A stretch of 63,290 bases of DNA, filler included, from Octopus bimaculoides (GCF_001194135.2; 7 parts of 7 records of this genome joined end to end with filler, not necessarily neighbours in it); one strand, 5' to 3'. Shown: positions 39,800-53,649, counted from the first letter of the whole stretch. Translations and numbers: made by a program. Notes: a model not told the origin generated them from the letters alone.

Positions 39800-40766
39800 T
39801 ATATATATGTATATATATATATATATATATATACATACATGTATGCATACATATCTCTCAGTATATAGATAGAAATACATATATACATGTTCACCTATCA
39901 TTATATATGTTTATATATATATATTTATTTATATATACACATACGTACTTACATGCATTCATACATGTATATGTATGTATACATATACATATACGTATAA
40001 CTATCTTTCTATCTATCTATATATGTTCAAGTATATATGGTCATACATCAATGACATCGGAGAAGCCTATGCAGCGACGAAAAGAATAATTCTTACTCAC
40101 GTAAACACAACGCCACCACACGCTCATACACACAGACTCACTCTTACCAACACACACACATATACTCGCGAAGATACCTGTACAAACACAGTGACGTATT
40201 TAGATACGTGTACATAAGCAGACACACTGATAAACTTGTTTAAACATACATACAGAGATATATACTAATGGAAACATAGACACACAAACGCGGTCTGATC
40301 AATAAGTATCCGGCCTGTTGCCATAGTAACAAAGCTAAAGCACATAGAGTGAAGCTGCTTGGCATAGATTGACCTTGAACTATGCTGTGACCTTGAACTC
40401 AGCATTACCTGAAATCTCTGGGTCTAAGTGACACCACTATCGCTCGTAACCTATATATATATATATAATTTAATATATAAGGAAGAAAAATAATAAATTA
40501 AAATAATCAGAAGAACCAATGGACATAATATAAGTAAGCCGGAATAGAACTGGCATGATTTGAACTTGAATCGACGATTAGGGATGAGCTCATTAATGAA
40601 TTAATAAATAAAATTTAAAAAATAGAAGTAAAATACAAACAAAATCTTATAATGAACTAATCTGTAATAAGATATTGAGGTTGTGATTTAATTTAACTTA
40701 TCAACCTATGCTAATTAGATATTACTATATATTCTTTTTTCTTTTTTTTTTTATACATATACATAG

Positions 40767-41031
40767 TGGAGGTGCAATGGCCCAGTGGTTAGGACAGCGA
40801 ACTCGCGGTCATAGGACCGCGGTTTCGATTCCCAGACCGGGCGTTGTGAGTGTCTTACTTCCTGTTTCTGTTGTGCCTGTAATTCAAAGGGTCAGCCTTG
40901 TCACACTCTGTGTCACGCTGAATATCCCCGAGAACTACGTTAAGGGTACACGTGTCTGTGGAGTGCTCAGCCACTTGCAGGCTGTTCCGTTGATCGGATC
41001 AACTGGAACCCTCGACGTCGTAAGCGACGGA
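40767..41031 (+). mobile_element. SINE family C with internal deletions
   Basis: TGGAGGTGCAATGGCCCAGTGGTTAGG...GGTTTCGATTCCCAGACCGGGCG head. Near-identical to the 44580 and 51575 copies but lacks two segments. Confidence 0.85.
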
Positions 41032-41706
41032 NNNNNNNNNNNNNNNNNNNNNNNNNNNNNNNNNNNNNNNNNNNNNNNNNNNNNNNNNNNNNNNNNNNNN
41101 NNNNNNNNNNNNNNNNNNNNNNNNNNNNNNNNNNNNNNNNNNNNNNNNNNNNNNNNNNNNNNNNNNNNNNNNNNNNNNNNNNNNNNNNNNNNNNNNNNNN
41201 NNNNNNNNNNNNNNNNNNNNNNNNNNNNNNNNNNNNNNNNNNNNNNNNNNNNNNNNNNNNNNNNNNNNNNNNNNNNNNNNNNNNNNNNNNNNNNNNNNNN
41301 NNNNNNNNNNNNNNNNNNNNNNNNNNNNNNNNNNNNNNNNNNNNNNNNNNNNNNNNNNNNNNNNNNNNNNNNNNNNNNNNNNNNNNNNNNNNNNNNNNNN
41401 NNNNNNNNNNNNNNNNNNNNNNNNNNNNNNNNNNNNNNNNNNNNNNNNNNNNNNNNNNNNNNNNNNNNNNNNNNNNNNNNNNNNNNNNNNNNNNNNNNNN
41501 NNNNNNNNNNNNNNNNNNNNNNNNNNNNNNNNNNNNNNNNNNNNNNNNNNNNNNNNNNNNNNNNNNNNNNNNNNNNNNNNNNNNNNNNNNNNNNNNNNNN
41601 NNNNNNNNNNNNNNNNNNNNNNNNNTGGTGGTGGTGGTGGTGGTGGTGGTGGTGGTGGTGGAAGCAGTGTTGGTGGCAACGGTCATTGATAGATAGATAG
41701 ACAGAC

Positions 41707-41773
<67 letters not shown>

Positions 41774-42029
41774 CGGATGGCTATGTGTTCTGTATATGTG
41801 TTTATATGTATATAAATATGTCTGTATAATTTTAGAATATGTTCTAGAAATATTATACATATACTTATATTCTGTTACAAATAATAGCAAGTCTATTTGT
41901 ATCTTGATATCTGTACGTCTGTCCGTCTCTATGAGTGCATATATATATATATATACATCCAAACAAACACGGATGGATACACACTTTTCGACACATATAT
42001 ACATACAAGATCACACTAAAAAATTGATG

Positions 42030-42078
<49 letters not shown>

Positions 42079-42424
42079 GCGTCTATATGTATATATATAT
42101 ATGTATCTAAATATGTAATTTTATATATGTACGTACGTATATATGAATGTATGTATCTATGAACGCATGCATACAAGCGTGCATGCACGCATGTATGTAC
42201 GTATGTATTCCTCCATGTTGTTCAAAAGCAAGATGAACGTGAAATTTGTCGCCATTTGTATTGGAAACTGTCGTTTTACATTTTACCCATTAACGCCGAT
42301 TGAACTTTTGATTCAGTTGACAGTGGTCGGCGGGGAAGGAAGTCTAATGGTAGACTATTGATTACGTATTTATCAGTGTGTGCGTGTGTGTATATATATG
42401 TGTATGTATGTGTGTGAATTGTGT

Positions 42425-42513
<89 letters not shown>

Positions 42514-42714
42514 TATTTACGTATCAATAATAAGAAATAGATGTAAATTTATGTACATCTGTATATATGTACATATCTGTACGTATGTGTACATATCTGT
42601 ACACATGTTTGCATTTATACATATATACATGTGTGCGTACATTATATTTGTATATATCTGTCAGTGTACGAATATATATATATACCTCATTACACATATA
42701 CATACATATTTATA

Positions 42715-42751
<37 letters not shown>

Positions 42752-42883
42752 TTATTGATATATACATATATATATATATATACATACGCAGATACACATA
42801 TTAGGGTGTATGTTTTTATATAATTACATGTACTCATGCATATTTGTGTGTGTGTGGATATAGAGACACAGTCATATATATAT

Positions 42884-42983
42884 NNNNNNNNNNNNNNNNN
42901 NNNNNNNNNNNNNNNNNNNNNNNNNNNTTAATTAATTAANNNNNNNNNNNNNNNNNNNNNNNNNNNNNNNNNNNNNNNNNNNN
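42884..42983. other. Artificial scaffold spacer
   Basis: 44N-TTAATTAATTAA-44N. Confidence 0.95.
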
Positions 42984-43341
42984 CCAAACATTTACTCATC
43001 TATCAGTTTTTCTTTTTCTTCCTCATCCCTACCTATACTTTATATTCCTTTTAATATATCTCCTCCTACAATTCTGTTTTGTTCTATCTATCTATCTCTC
43101 TATCAATCTCTCTATCAATCTATCTATCAATCTATCTATCAATCTATCTATCAATCTATCTATCTCTCTATCAATCAATCAATCACTATCTATCTATCTA
43201 TCTATCTATCAATCAATCTATCTGTCTGTCTATCTATCGATCGGTCGATATATCTGTCTATTGATCTATTTACTTACCTGCCTACTTGTCTGTCTGTCTA
43301 TCTATCTATCTATTTATCTATCTACCTCTACCTCTCTCTCT

Positions 43342-43375
<34 letters not shown>

Positions 43376-44199
43376 TTATGTCTATCTTTTTCGACTCGTT
43401 TCTAACATCGAATACGTCCCTACCAGATTCTCTGGCTTTTGTTGTCATCATCCGAACACATGATTTCTTCCGAAATTCTCTCCTCCCACAACACACCACA
43501 TCATCATCATCATCATCATCATCGTCATTAAATGTACTCTTCCTATACGTACATTGTATTCTTCACAGGATTTCGTTCCATTTACCACCCCACCTCACCC
43601 TCTCATACCTGTATTTATATGTATGTATGTGTGTGAGGGTGTGTGCATGCATGTATGTATGTATGTATGTATGTATGTACATGTACGGTTCAGTGTGTGA
43701 TAGACAGACAGACAGACAGATGGAAAAGTAGGTAGGTAGGTAGGTTATTATTTATATAGACAGGTGTGTGTGTGTGTGTGTGTGTAACTGTTTTTGTGTG
43801 CTTCAATGATGACGCTTGTCATGCTAGAAATAGTAGCCGAAAACTCCCTTGGAATCCACGCCTTGAAAGTCACAAAAAAATATGCAAAATTTTAATAAAT
43901 AAAAATAAAACTAGGACAGGATTAATAATGTAGTCTCGTGAGGAGCGCACTATACCTGAACAGAAAAAAATGGGATGGCCATGGCTGGAACGTCGTTAAT
44001 TATAGATCTCCGCAACCAGAAATATTATGAACTTATACGCAGTCGCTAAGTCTGCTAAAAATAGCTGCCAAATTCCATTTAAATTACATGCTTCAGATCA
44101 CCTGCATAAAATGTCATTGTACTCTCAGGTAAGGTGGCGATTCTCCGGGTGGGAGTTACCTGTGGTGATGAATCAACAGGTGTCAACATTTGAATATCT

Positions 44200-44410
44200 C
44201 TTATCTTTTACTTGTTTCAGTCATACTGGGGCATCACCTTCTTTTTTTTTTAGTCAAACAAATCGCCCCCAATATTTACTTTTTTTTTTTTAAGCGTGGT
44301 ACTTGTTATATCAGTCACTTTTTGCCGAACCGATAAGTTACGGAGACGTAAACAAGCCAACGGCGGTTGTCAAGCGGCGGTGAGGGACAAACACAGACAC
44401 AAACACAAAC
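44200..44410 (-). mobile_element. SINE family A, 3' half
   Basis: TTTTACTTGTTTCAGTCAT...TTTGCCGAACCG-TAAGTTACGG-GACGTAAAC...GGTTGTCAAGCG...GGGACAAACACAGAC. Confidence 0.75.
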
Positions 44411-44579
44411 ACACACACACATCACATCACATAATTCTTTTTTTAATTATACCCAGTGCTTAATCAGAACCTGACATGGCGTATTTTATAAACATGCCTG
44501 CTCAAGTATCATACTAGTATGAAACTATGAGTAGCTCTTTCGATTGTGTATTTAATTTCACACACACACATATATATAT

Positions 44580-44904
44580 TGTTGTTGGCACTCCGTCGCT
44601 TACGACATCGAGGGTTGCAGTTGATCCGATCAACGGAACAGCCTGCTCGTGAAATTAACGTGCAAGTGGCTGAGCACTCCACAGACACGTGTACCCTTAA
44701 TGTAGTTCTCGGGGATATTCAGCGTGACACAGTGTGACATGGCTGACCCTTTGAAATACAGGCACGACAGAAACAGAAAGTAAGAGTGAGAGAAAGTTGT
44801 GGTGAAAGAGTACAGCAGGGTTCACCACTATCCCCTGCCAGAGCCTTGTGGAGCTTTAGGTGTTTTCGCTCAATAAACACTCACAACGCCTGGTCTGGGA
44901 ATCG
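44580..44904 (-). mobile_element. SINE family C
   Basis: GTTGTTGGCACTCCGTCGCTTACGAC...CTGGGAATCG, running into a gap. Confidence 0.85.
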
Positions 44905-45047
44905 NNNNNNNNNNNNNNNNNNNNNNNNNNNNNNNNNNNNNNNNNNNNNNNNNNNNNNNNNNNNNNNNNNNNNNNNNNNNNNNNNNNNNNNNNNNNNNNN
45001 NNNNNNNNNNNNNNNNNNNNNNNNNNNNNNNNNNNNNNNNNNNNNNN

Positions 45048-46270
45048 AATATGTTTTGATAAAATTGCTGTTTCTTTTCAGATATCATCAGAAAAAAGTT
45101 ATTAAAATTCATTAAATTTACAGATCTATCGGAGTTTCATCGAGGTCAAATTGTTGGTGCTCGTATGGCAGACGCTAGCGTAACGAAAACAGCTGAAATG
45201 TTTGGTGTATCAAGAAGTACTGTGTCGAAAGAAATGAGAAAGAGAAAAAAACCTCCTCGTCGAAACAAAACTCCGGAAGAAAACCAAAACTTTCAGATAG
45301 GGACTGTCGGATTCATACGCGAATTGTTAGAAAGGATCACAAAAGTACAGCTCCCAAAATTACTGCAAAGCTTCATAACTACCTCGAGAACCCAGTTTGC
45401 ACAAAAACTGTTCGCCGGGAACTGCACAAAGTCAGATTTCACGGGAGGGCTGCAATCAGAAAACCGCTATTTTCAAAAACAAACGTTGCAAAGCGTTTAG
45501 AGTGGAGTAAAAACCTACAGAATTGATCCCAAGAGCAGTGGAAGAATGTTATTTTCTCAGACGAGTCATTCTTTACCTTATTTCCGACCACCGACCGAGT
45601 ATACGCGTGGAGACAACCAAAAGAAGCATTTGACCCAGACTGCATTCTTCCAACTATTAAACATGGAGGAGGATCTGTGATGATCTGGGGGGCTATATTT
45701 TGGAAATCCGCCGGCCCAATGGTTACCCTTCATAGCAGAATTAATAGTCAAGACTATTTAAGCATTTTATGTGATCAAATTCATCCTGTGGTTGCGGAAC
45801 CGTTTCCGGAGGGAAACGCAATCTTTCAGGGTGATAATGTACCAATTCACACAGCTAAAATTGTCACTGAATGGCATGAGGAACATTCTAGTGAAGTTGA
45901 ACATCTTATCTAGCCCCCCCCCCCCNNNNNNNNNNNNNNNNNNNNNNNNNNNNNNNNNNNNNNNNNNNNNNNNNNNNNNNNNNNNNNNNNNNNNNNNNNN
46001 NNNNNNNNNNNNNNNNNNNNNNNNNNNNNNNNNNNNNNNNNNNNNNNNNNNNNNNNNNNNNNNNNNNNNNNNNNNNNNNNNNNNNNNNNNNNNNNNNNNN
46101 NCCCGCCACCAAAGTCCCCAGATCTCAATATTATTGTACATTTATGGTGCATTTTAGAAAAACAAGTAAGGAGATCGATATCCTACACCATCATCACTAC
46201 AAGAATTAGGGACTGTTTTAGCTGAAGAATGGACAATAATTCCTTTGGAAACAATTCAAATTTTGTACAA
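45048..46270 (+). mobile_element. Tc1-family (DD34E) transposase relic
   Basis: DLSEFHRGQIVGARMADASVTKTAEMFGVSRSTVSK (HTH), WKNVIFSDES, KHGGGSVMIWG, IFQGDNVPIH, and SPDLNIIVHLW with the catalytic E replaced by V. Frameshifted. Confidence 0.92.
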
Positions 46271-47064
46271 GTCACTGATCTACCATTGTCGATCCATCGG
46301 CTAGAAATAGCAGCCAGATCCCTCTTTTATACTTCCCCTACCACCACAATCTTATCAAATATAAAGAACGGACGCGTTGGATATGATCCTTGATTTTAAG
46401 ATATCACCTTCACTGACCGGCATTTAGGACAAAAGTGAAATTTACGTCCTCAAATCTGAGATCACTCACTCTGCTTAATACAGTTTTGGATGAACTTTGT
46501 CACAGCAGAAATATCTTTGGTAAGTGATATTCTAACCGTGACCATCTCATATTTTCAGGCACGACCTGAGAATAAACAACAACAACAAACAATTCTTCAT
46601 GAAACTCCTGCTTTCCCACATTACATAACACCTCTCGAAACCAATATAATTTTCTGAAAATTTTTACCCCATAAAAGTCAATGCATAATGCGCATTTTGG
46701 TTGGCGGTAAGGATCTAATTGCCCTAAAAATCTAATAATCTCGGATACAATAGTGTTGTACAAATAATACAAGACTAAATAATCTGTTATAATCTAATAC
46801 ATTAAATTGGATATTTCATTCTACATAAAATAATTATATTATTCTGCTTGTTCTTTCTTGTCTGTATTTTCCGTGTGTTACGTTTACGTCATTAAGGAAA
46901 GTTATAACTCGAATGAACAAATATATATATTGAAATATATATATAGAAAGATAGGTAGGGGAGAAAGGGAAACAAAGAAACGGAAATAGTGGAGTCAATG
47001 AAAAAAATAGAAAGGGAAAACATGAAAGAGAGAGAGGGGATCAGTATCATTAGAGAGAGTGGTT

Positions 47065-47127
<63 letters not shown>

Positions 47128-47269
47128 TATTTCATTCATTCATCCATTCATCCTTCAACACTGCCTATACGGATTTTCACTTCTCATGAATCAAATGTTT
47201 CAGAAAAAATATACAACTTCCTCGTACAATTTTCCAAATAACCTCGGATTTTCCACGAGTACTGCTAAT

Positions 47270-48150
47270 AATAATAAACCTTTCTGCTACAGACACAAAG
47301 TCTGAAATTTTCGGGGTGAGGCTTAGTCGATTAGATTGACCTCAGTGCTCAACTGGTATTTATTTTATCNNNNNNNNNNNNNNNNNNNNNNNNNNNNNNN
47401 NNNNNNNNNNNNNNNNNNNNNNNNNNNNNNNNNNNNNNNNNNNNNNNNNNNNNNNNNNNNNNNNNNNNNNNNNNNNNNNNNNNNNNNNNNNNNNNNNNNN
47501 NNNNNNNNNNNNNNNNNNNNNNNNNNNNNNNNNNNNNNNNNNNNNNNNNNNNNNNNNNNNNNNNNNGAGGTATGTGGTTTCAAATTTCGGCACAAAACCA
47601 GCAGTTTTAGGGTTAGGAATAGTCTATTACATTAACCCCAGTGTTCATTTTATCGACCCTGAAAGGATGAAAAACAAAGTCTACCTTGGCGGCATTTGAA
47701 CTCAAAACATAAAGAGCAGGAAAAAATGGTGCTAAGCATTTTGTCCGACGCTTACGATTTTGCCAGCTCACCAATTACATTGACCTCAGTATGTGACTGG
47801 TACTTATTTTATCAACCGCGAAAGGATGAACGGTAAAATCGACCTGGGCAGCGTTTGAACTCATAACATAAAAATCAGGAAGAAATGTCACTAAGCATTT
47901 TGTCCGGCATGCTAACAATTCTGCCAGCTTGCCACCCTAATAATAATGGTTTCAAATTTTACCACGATGCCAGCAATTTCAGTTGGAGGGAGTTGATCAA
48001 TTAAATTGAGCCCATAACTCGACTAATACTTTATTTATCGACCCCGAAAGGATGAAATGTAAAACTGACCTCGGCAGGATTTGAATTCAGAAAGTAAAAA
48101 GCCAGAAGAAATGCCGCTAAGCATATTGTTCGACACTCTAACAGTTCTTT
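47270..48150 (-). mobile_element. Head-to-tail array of at least 4 SINE family B copies
   Basis: TTATTTTATCGACCC-GAAAGGATGAA...GACCT-GGCGGCATTTGAACTCA...CTAAGCATTTTGTCCG repeats at ~47360, 47650, 47810 and 48035. Confidence 0.85.
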
Positions 48151-49227
48151 TGGATATCGTATAGAGTGCTCAGGTAAAGAACAACATGTCGGAAAAGAGT
48201 AAAAGAAAATAAAGAATGTAGCAGAAAGTCAAGTAAAGTGAGGCACTAATGGAGGTTAAAAGTATATGCATCGTACACAGAATAAAACAGGAATAAAAAC
48301 AGAAAAGTAAGCAGTAAAACAGACATAAAGAGGAAAGGGTGTACAGCCACTTTATTCTAGTGTTGGCGAATTGTGAGAAGCATGGAATCTTTTTCTCTCG
48401 CCTTTCCTTTCAACTAATCACGTGAAACTTAGTTAAAACTTGGTTAAAAATAAAAATTCACATTTCATTCACCACCACCTCTCTCTCTCCCCTCCCTTCG
48501 CCTCACCCACTAAACCCTCTCCTCCTCCCATTCGCTCCTTCAACTAATCACATGGAAGCGTTACGGACGGGCTAAGCAACGGAGTGACTAGCAGAATTAT
48601 TATAAGATTGTTTGAGACGGATATCATCTGTCAAGACGAAAGGATCGTAATACATACATGACGGTATAAGCACACACAACATACGTATACATGTATGAGT
48701 ATACATACACACACAACTGTATACACACTCCCATACCTATAATTTGCTTATACATATATGTCCGTGCGTGTATATAGCCACACATATACAGATGCATTTG
48801 TCCGTTTACACGCAAACATAAATCTTTGCATATACACGAACTCATACATATATTAGTGTATACACGCACATATGCTTATATCTTTGCTTGTACACACACA
48901 CACACAATCACACACACACACACACACATTCGTATATCTTTGCGTATACACATACACGGACACATATCTTTGCGTATACACACACACACGCGTGCATACA
49001 TACATCTTTGCGTATACAAACACACACACTCATACACACACACTCACACACACACACTCACACACACACACTCACGTATATCTAAGTACATGCACAAACA
49101 TGTCTGTACACATACAATTATGCGTGTGTGCGTGTATGTGTGCAAGTGTGTGCACGCGTAGGCAAAAATTAACGTGACTTTTGTTTTTTTAATTAAGCCT
49201 AAGCTTTGAAGCCTATTTCGGAATGAA

Positions 49228-50230
49228 GTTTTATTTAACTGATGTAAGATAATATTTAACCTGTATAAGATACCACGTTTCTACCTTTTAGTTAACTGAT
49301 ATAAGATAATCATTCTCTTGTCTTTTCTTTACTTTAACAGATATAGCATGTTCATAGCGTTTATTTAACGAAGATACCATCCTCCTATCTTTTGTTTAAC
49401 TGATGTAAGGTACATGTTCATGTCTTTTATTTAACCCACATAAGATATCGCGCTCATAGATGATAATACCATTTTGATGCACAGATTTCGGTCTATTGAT
49501 TTATGCTAATGGTTTTGCTTTCACCATTTATTCTTGTGTATTGTAGGCTGTCAAAATAAAGTCGAAAAAAGTCTTGTATTGTATGAGTTCAAAATGTAGC
49601 GCAAGACAAGAGAAACAGTTCACATTAATAACCAAACGAATGTGCAGCTCCACTTGGGTTCAAAATTTTTCGTATCATTGAAGATGAGAAAGGACACAGA
49701 TGACCTTCTGTGATTTACAATGATTGACAATGATTTACGTTATTGAAGCAAACTCACTGAATATAACTCAGCTTTGGTCATTCAAATTTTTTCTGCCATT
49801 TGCACCACACTGCGAAGTAAAATTGTTTGACAAATAGGTATCGCATGAGCTGAACGAAATAAAAATGAATCACCATTAGGAATTTTGCTCTACGCTTCTT
49901 TTGCTCAATAAAAAACAAAACGTCCTATTTCTCTGATCGTATTGTGATATATGACGACAAATGGATTCTAGGAGACAACCAAGGGAGTTCTGCGTGCAGT
50001 ACTACAGCGAAATGAAGCACCAAAACACTTTTCTAAACCGAAATTGTATCAATAGAAAGTTATGGTCATTGTTTGGTGGATGGCAATCGAAATTATCACA
50101 ACAGAGAAACATTGACAGAAAGTCGATAAAACGCACCAAGAATTGCAACTTATACGTCCGCTCGGAAAGGAACAATTTTTCTCAATGACAACACCATATT
50201 TTATACCATATTTTTTGGCATTCACTTCAA
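49228..50230 (+). mobile_element. mariner relic preceded by multimerised TIR-like units
   Basis: FSDRIVIYDDKWILGDN and EAPKHFSKPKLYQ*KVMVIVWW. About 6-7 TTAAC-n-TAAGAT units lie at 49228-49457. Confidence 0.75.
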
Positions 50231-50728
50231 ATTTTTCAGACCGTAATTTACAGTCAGAAAACATAGGTCGATTTGTACACCAAGACGACTTTGAAGGACC
50301 AAAACTTCCATGTGAAATGCAACAGGATTTGGAACGATAGTGAAGATGTCTTAACATTTATACTAAATACTACGTCTACTTATATTCCCTAAATCCCCTG
50401 ATCTGACCCCTCTTGATTTCTGTCTTTGGGGTCATTTGAAAGGCATGGTGTATCACGGAAAGATAAAAGACATAAATCATTTGAAGGAACGCATCACCAA
50501 CTCCTTTGCACACGTATCACCAGATGTGCTATCACTAGTTCACAATGAGTGGGGCAAACGTATTGCAATGTGTATTTAGCAGGCTCTATATGGTAACCAT
50601 ATAGAGCATGTTTAAAAAAAAACTATTCTTATACACTGTTTCATATAAAAAGATTCATTATTCCTATGTAGTGGCCACTTTTGAATCACACATTATTCCT
50701 ATGTAATGGCGACTTTTGAATAACCCTG
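50230..50728 (+). mobile_element. 3' half of a Tc1/mariner-superfamily element with a D-type third catalytic residue
   Basis: SPDLTPLDFCLWGHLKGMVY...HLKERIT...GNHIEHV*. The right TIR ends ...TTTTGAATAACCCTG followed by TA. Confidence 0.85.
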
Positions 50729-51276
50729 TATATTGGAGTGATATATATATGTATATTTAGTAATTGATGTTTACATTGCTAACGCGCCTAAGTTATGTAT
50801 CGATACATTACACAGGCATGGTTAATGACGTCTGAAATTATGATATATCGCAGAATAAATACATAGTCGAAAACTTTTCATGACTAATTATGGATCTATA
50901 TAATTGAAGCTACTCTATGAACAATATCTCTCCTAACTTTTGTAAGCACTATGGGGGATTAATAACTAGAGAAAATAGACGAAGGTAAAAGTTTGCACAG
51001 GAACGCTTTCTTCTGCAACTGTCCTTGTTGCAGAATCTCTCATTCATTAAGACACGCAACTTCCTCGTAAAAATTAATCAACTAGAACTATTTAAAAATT
51101 TGACTTGTTAGATATTACATATAGAAAAAAATCTGTAATATCGTCTGCTGTAAAGCATGTCACTGTACTAACCAATACACCAAAGTGAAATTGCCATTAT
51201 TAACTGCTTGAATTAGCAGAATTGAATGTCTACAGTGACATATTAATGACCTATCTACGGGGATATTAATATATGT

Positions 51277-51327
<51 letters not shown>

Positions 51328-51427
51328 NNNNNNNNNNNNNNNNNNNNNNNNNNNNNNNNNNNNNNNNNNNNTTAATTAATTAANNNNNNNNNNNNNNNNN
51401 NNNNNNNNNNNNNNNNNNNNNNNNNNN
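51328..51427. other. Artificial scaffold spacer
   Basis: 44N-TTAATTAATTAA-44N. Confidence 0.95.
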
Positions 51428-51429
51428 TG

Positions 51430-52360
51430 TTTCGTTAAGAAAACAAATGTTGCCCGTCAAACCCCAAAGATCCGAGAGAACATCTGCCTACAACGCTGAG
51501 AATCTCGTTAAGAGATCACATCTAGAACGAGGAGATCGGGGATAGAACTGGAATGAAGGACGTCGTCGCAGAATTGTTGTTGGCACTCCCTCGCTTACGA
51601 CGTCGAGGGTTCCAGTTGATCCGATTAACGGAACAGCCTGCTCGTGAAATTAACGTGCAAGTGGCTGAGCACTCCACAGACACGTGTACCTTTAACGTAG
51701 TTCTCGGGGATATTCAGCGTGACACACTGTGACAAGGTTGACCCTTTGAATTACAAGCACAACAGAAACAGGAAATACGAGTGAGAGAAAGTTGTGGTGA
51801 AAGAGTACAGCAGGGTTCGCCACCATCCCCTGCCGGAGCCTCGTGGAGCTTTAGGTGTTTTCGCTCAATAAACACTCACAACGCCCGGTCTGGGAATCGA
51901 AACCNNNNNNNNNNNNNNNNNNNNNNNNNNNNNNNNNNNNNNNNNNNNNNNNNNNNNNNNNNNNNNNNNNNNNNNNNNNNNNNNNNNNNNNNNNNNNNNN
52001 NNNNNNNNNNNNNNNNNNNNNNNNNNNNNNNNNNNNNNNNNNNNNNNNNNNNNNNNNNNNNNNNNNNNNNNNNNNNNNNNNNNNNNNNNNNNNNNNNNNN
52101 NNNNNNNNNNNNNNNNNNNNNNNNNNNNNNNNNNNNNNNNNNNNNNNNNNNNNNNNNNNNNNNNNNNNNNNNNNNNNNNNNNNNNGAGCGGAAGAGACCA
52201 CTCGGAAGACCTCCAATCAGGTGGGAAGATGGTTTAAGAAAAATGTTTGGAGCAACGTGGAGCAGAATGGCGAGAGCACGAGGGGAATGGAGCAAATGCT
52301 GTGGCCAGTGGAGCCGACACGGCACCAGACAGCCACGCCGATCCAGGTGATCCAAGTGAT
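51430..52360 (+). mobile_element. 3' end of an RTE-1/BovB-like LINE (second RTE family), interrupted by a SINE
   Basis: ISLRDHI*NEEIGDRTGMKDVVAE before the SINE and ERKRPLGRPPIRWEDGLRKMFGATWSRMARARGEW after the gap. Tail CCAGGTGATCCAAGTGAT. Confidence 0.8.
51575..51904 (-). mobile_element. SINE family C inserted in the RTE-1-like fragment
   Basis: Near-identical to 44580-44904. Confidence 0.88.
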
Positions 52361-52364
52361 ATAA

Positions 52365-52645
52365 GGCGCAGGTGTGGCTGCGTAAGTAAGAAACTTACTT
52401 CCCAACCACATGGTTCCGAGTTCAGTCCCACTGAGTGGCACCTTGTGTTTTCTACTTTATCTTCGGGCCGACCGAAGCCTTGTGTGTGAATGTGGTAGAC
52501 GGAAACTGAAGGAAACCCGTCGTATATGTATGTGTGTGTCTCACCACTGCTTGACAACCGGTGTTAATATGTTTACGTTCCCGTAAATTAGTGGCTCGGC
52601 AAAAGAGACCGATAGAATAAGTACCTATCTTTAAAAAGTACTGAA
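52365..52645 (+). mobile_element. SINE family A
   Basis: GGCGCAGGTGTGGCTG head through GAGACCGATAGAATAAGTAC. Confidence 0.88.
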
Positions 52646-52686
52646 ACAGATACGAGATATGCACGCGTATTGTACGCACGCACACG

Positions 52687-52718
<32 letters not shown>

Positions 52719-52750
52719 CGAACATACACACATATATATATATGTATGTG

Positions 52751-52811
<61 letters not shown>

Positions 52812-53179
52812 TCAAAAGATTAAATGTGGTACTTAAAATGGCTGAGGTACCAGAATTTGGTAGGGTAAAAACCAAAAACAAAGTCAAGAGATTTGGTGAA
52901 TATTCAATAGGTTATAGCAGTACGTACGTTTCGTACAAAGTTCATTTATTTATGTAGTGAGAACACCACATAAGATGTGCAATAAAAATGTACTCCTCAG
53001 CTGCATAATGAAAAGTTCGTTTTAGAAAGTCATTTTGTAGATGTGTGCAAAAACAAGAGTAGGAGAAGAAGAAAATACCATCTTGACTGGGCTGTTAATC
53101 AACAGTCCAGTTGATTAACAGCTCTTTTACTTTTACTTGTTTCAGTCATTTGACTGCGGCCGTGCTGGAGCACCGCCTT

Positions 53180-53279
53180 NNNNNNNNNNNNNNNNNNNNN
53201 NNNNNNNNNNNNNNNNNNNNNNNTTAATTAATTAANNNNNNNNNNNNNNNNNNNNNNNNNNNNNNNNNNNNNNNNNNNN
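53180..53279. other. Artificial scaffold spacer
   Basis: 44N-TTAATTAATTAA-44N. Confidence 0.95.
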
Positions 53280-53649
53280 GGGTAGTGTTATATGGACTGT
53301 TAGATATGTAATTCGTCTGACGTTCCGTGTGTCATGTGGTTCGTCTGAGTTCATTGTTTCATTGTTGTTGTCTTGTGGGACTGTCGTAGTAAAATGTCAT
53401 TGATATATATATGGCGGACATGACTTTTGTTTATTCATAACGAACATTGGGTGAGTGCGTTCTTTGTATGTAATTGAACAATAAATGTAATAATTAAATT
53501 GTATAACTCGTTATGTTATCTCTACGAGTCACCCGAGGGAAACATAACAGGTAGTCACGATGGGTATACTAGGTTTCGTATATTCTACCCCAGTGTCACA
53601 TTGATGGCATGCATGGCTCTCTCACTCAATAATAGTAATAATAATAATC

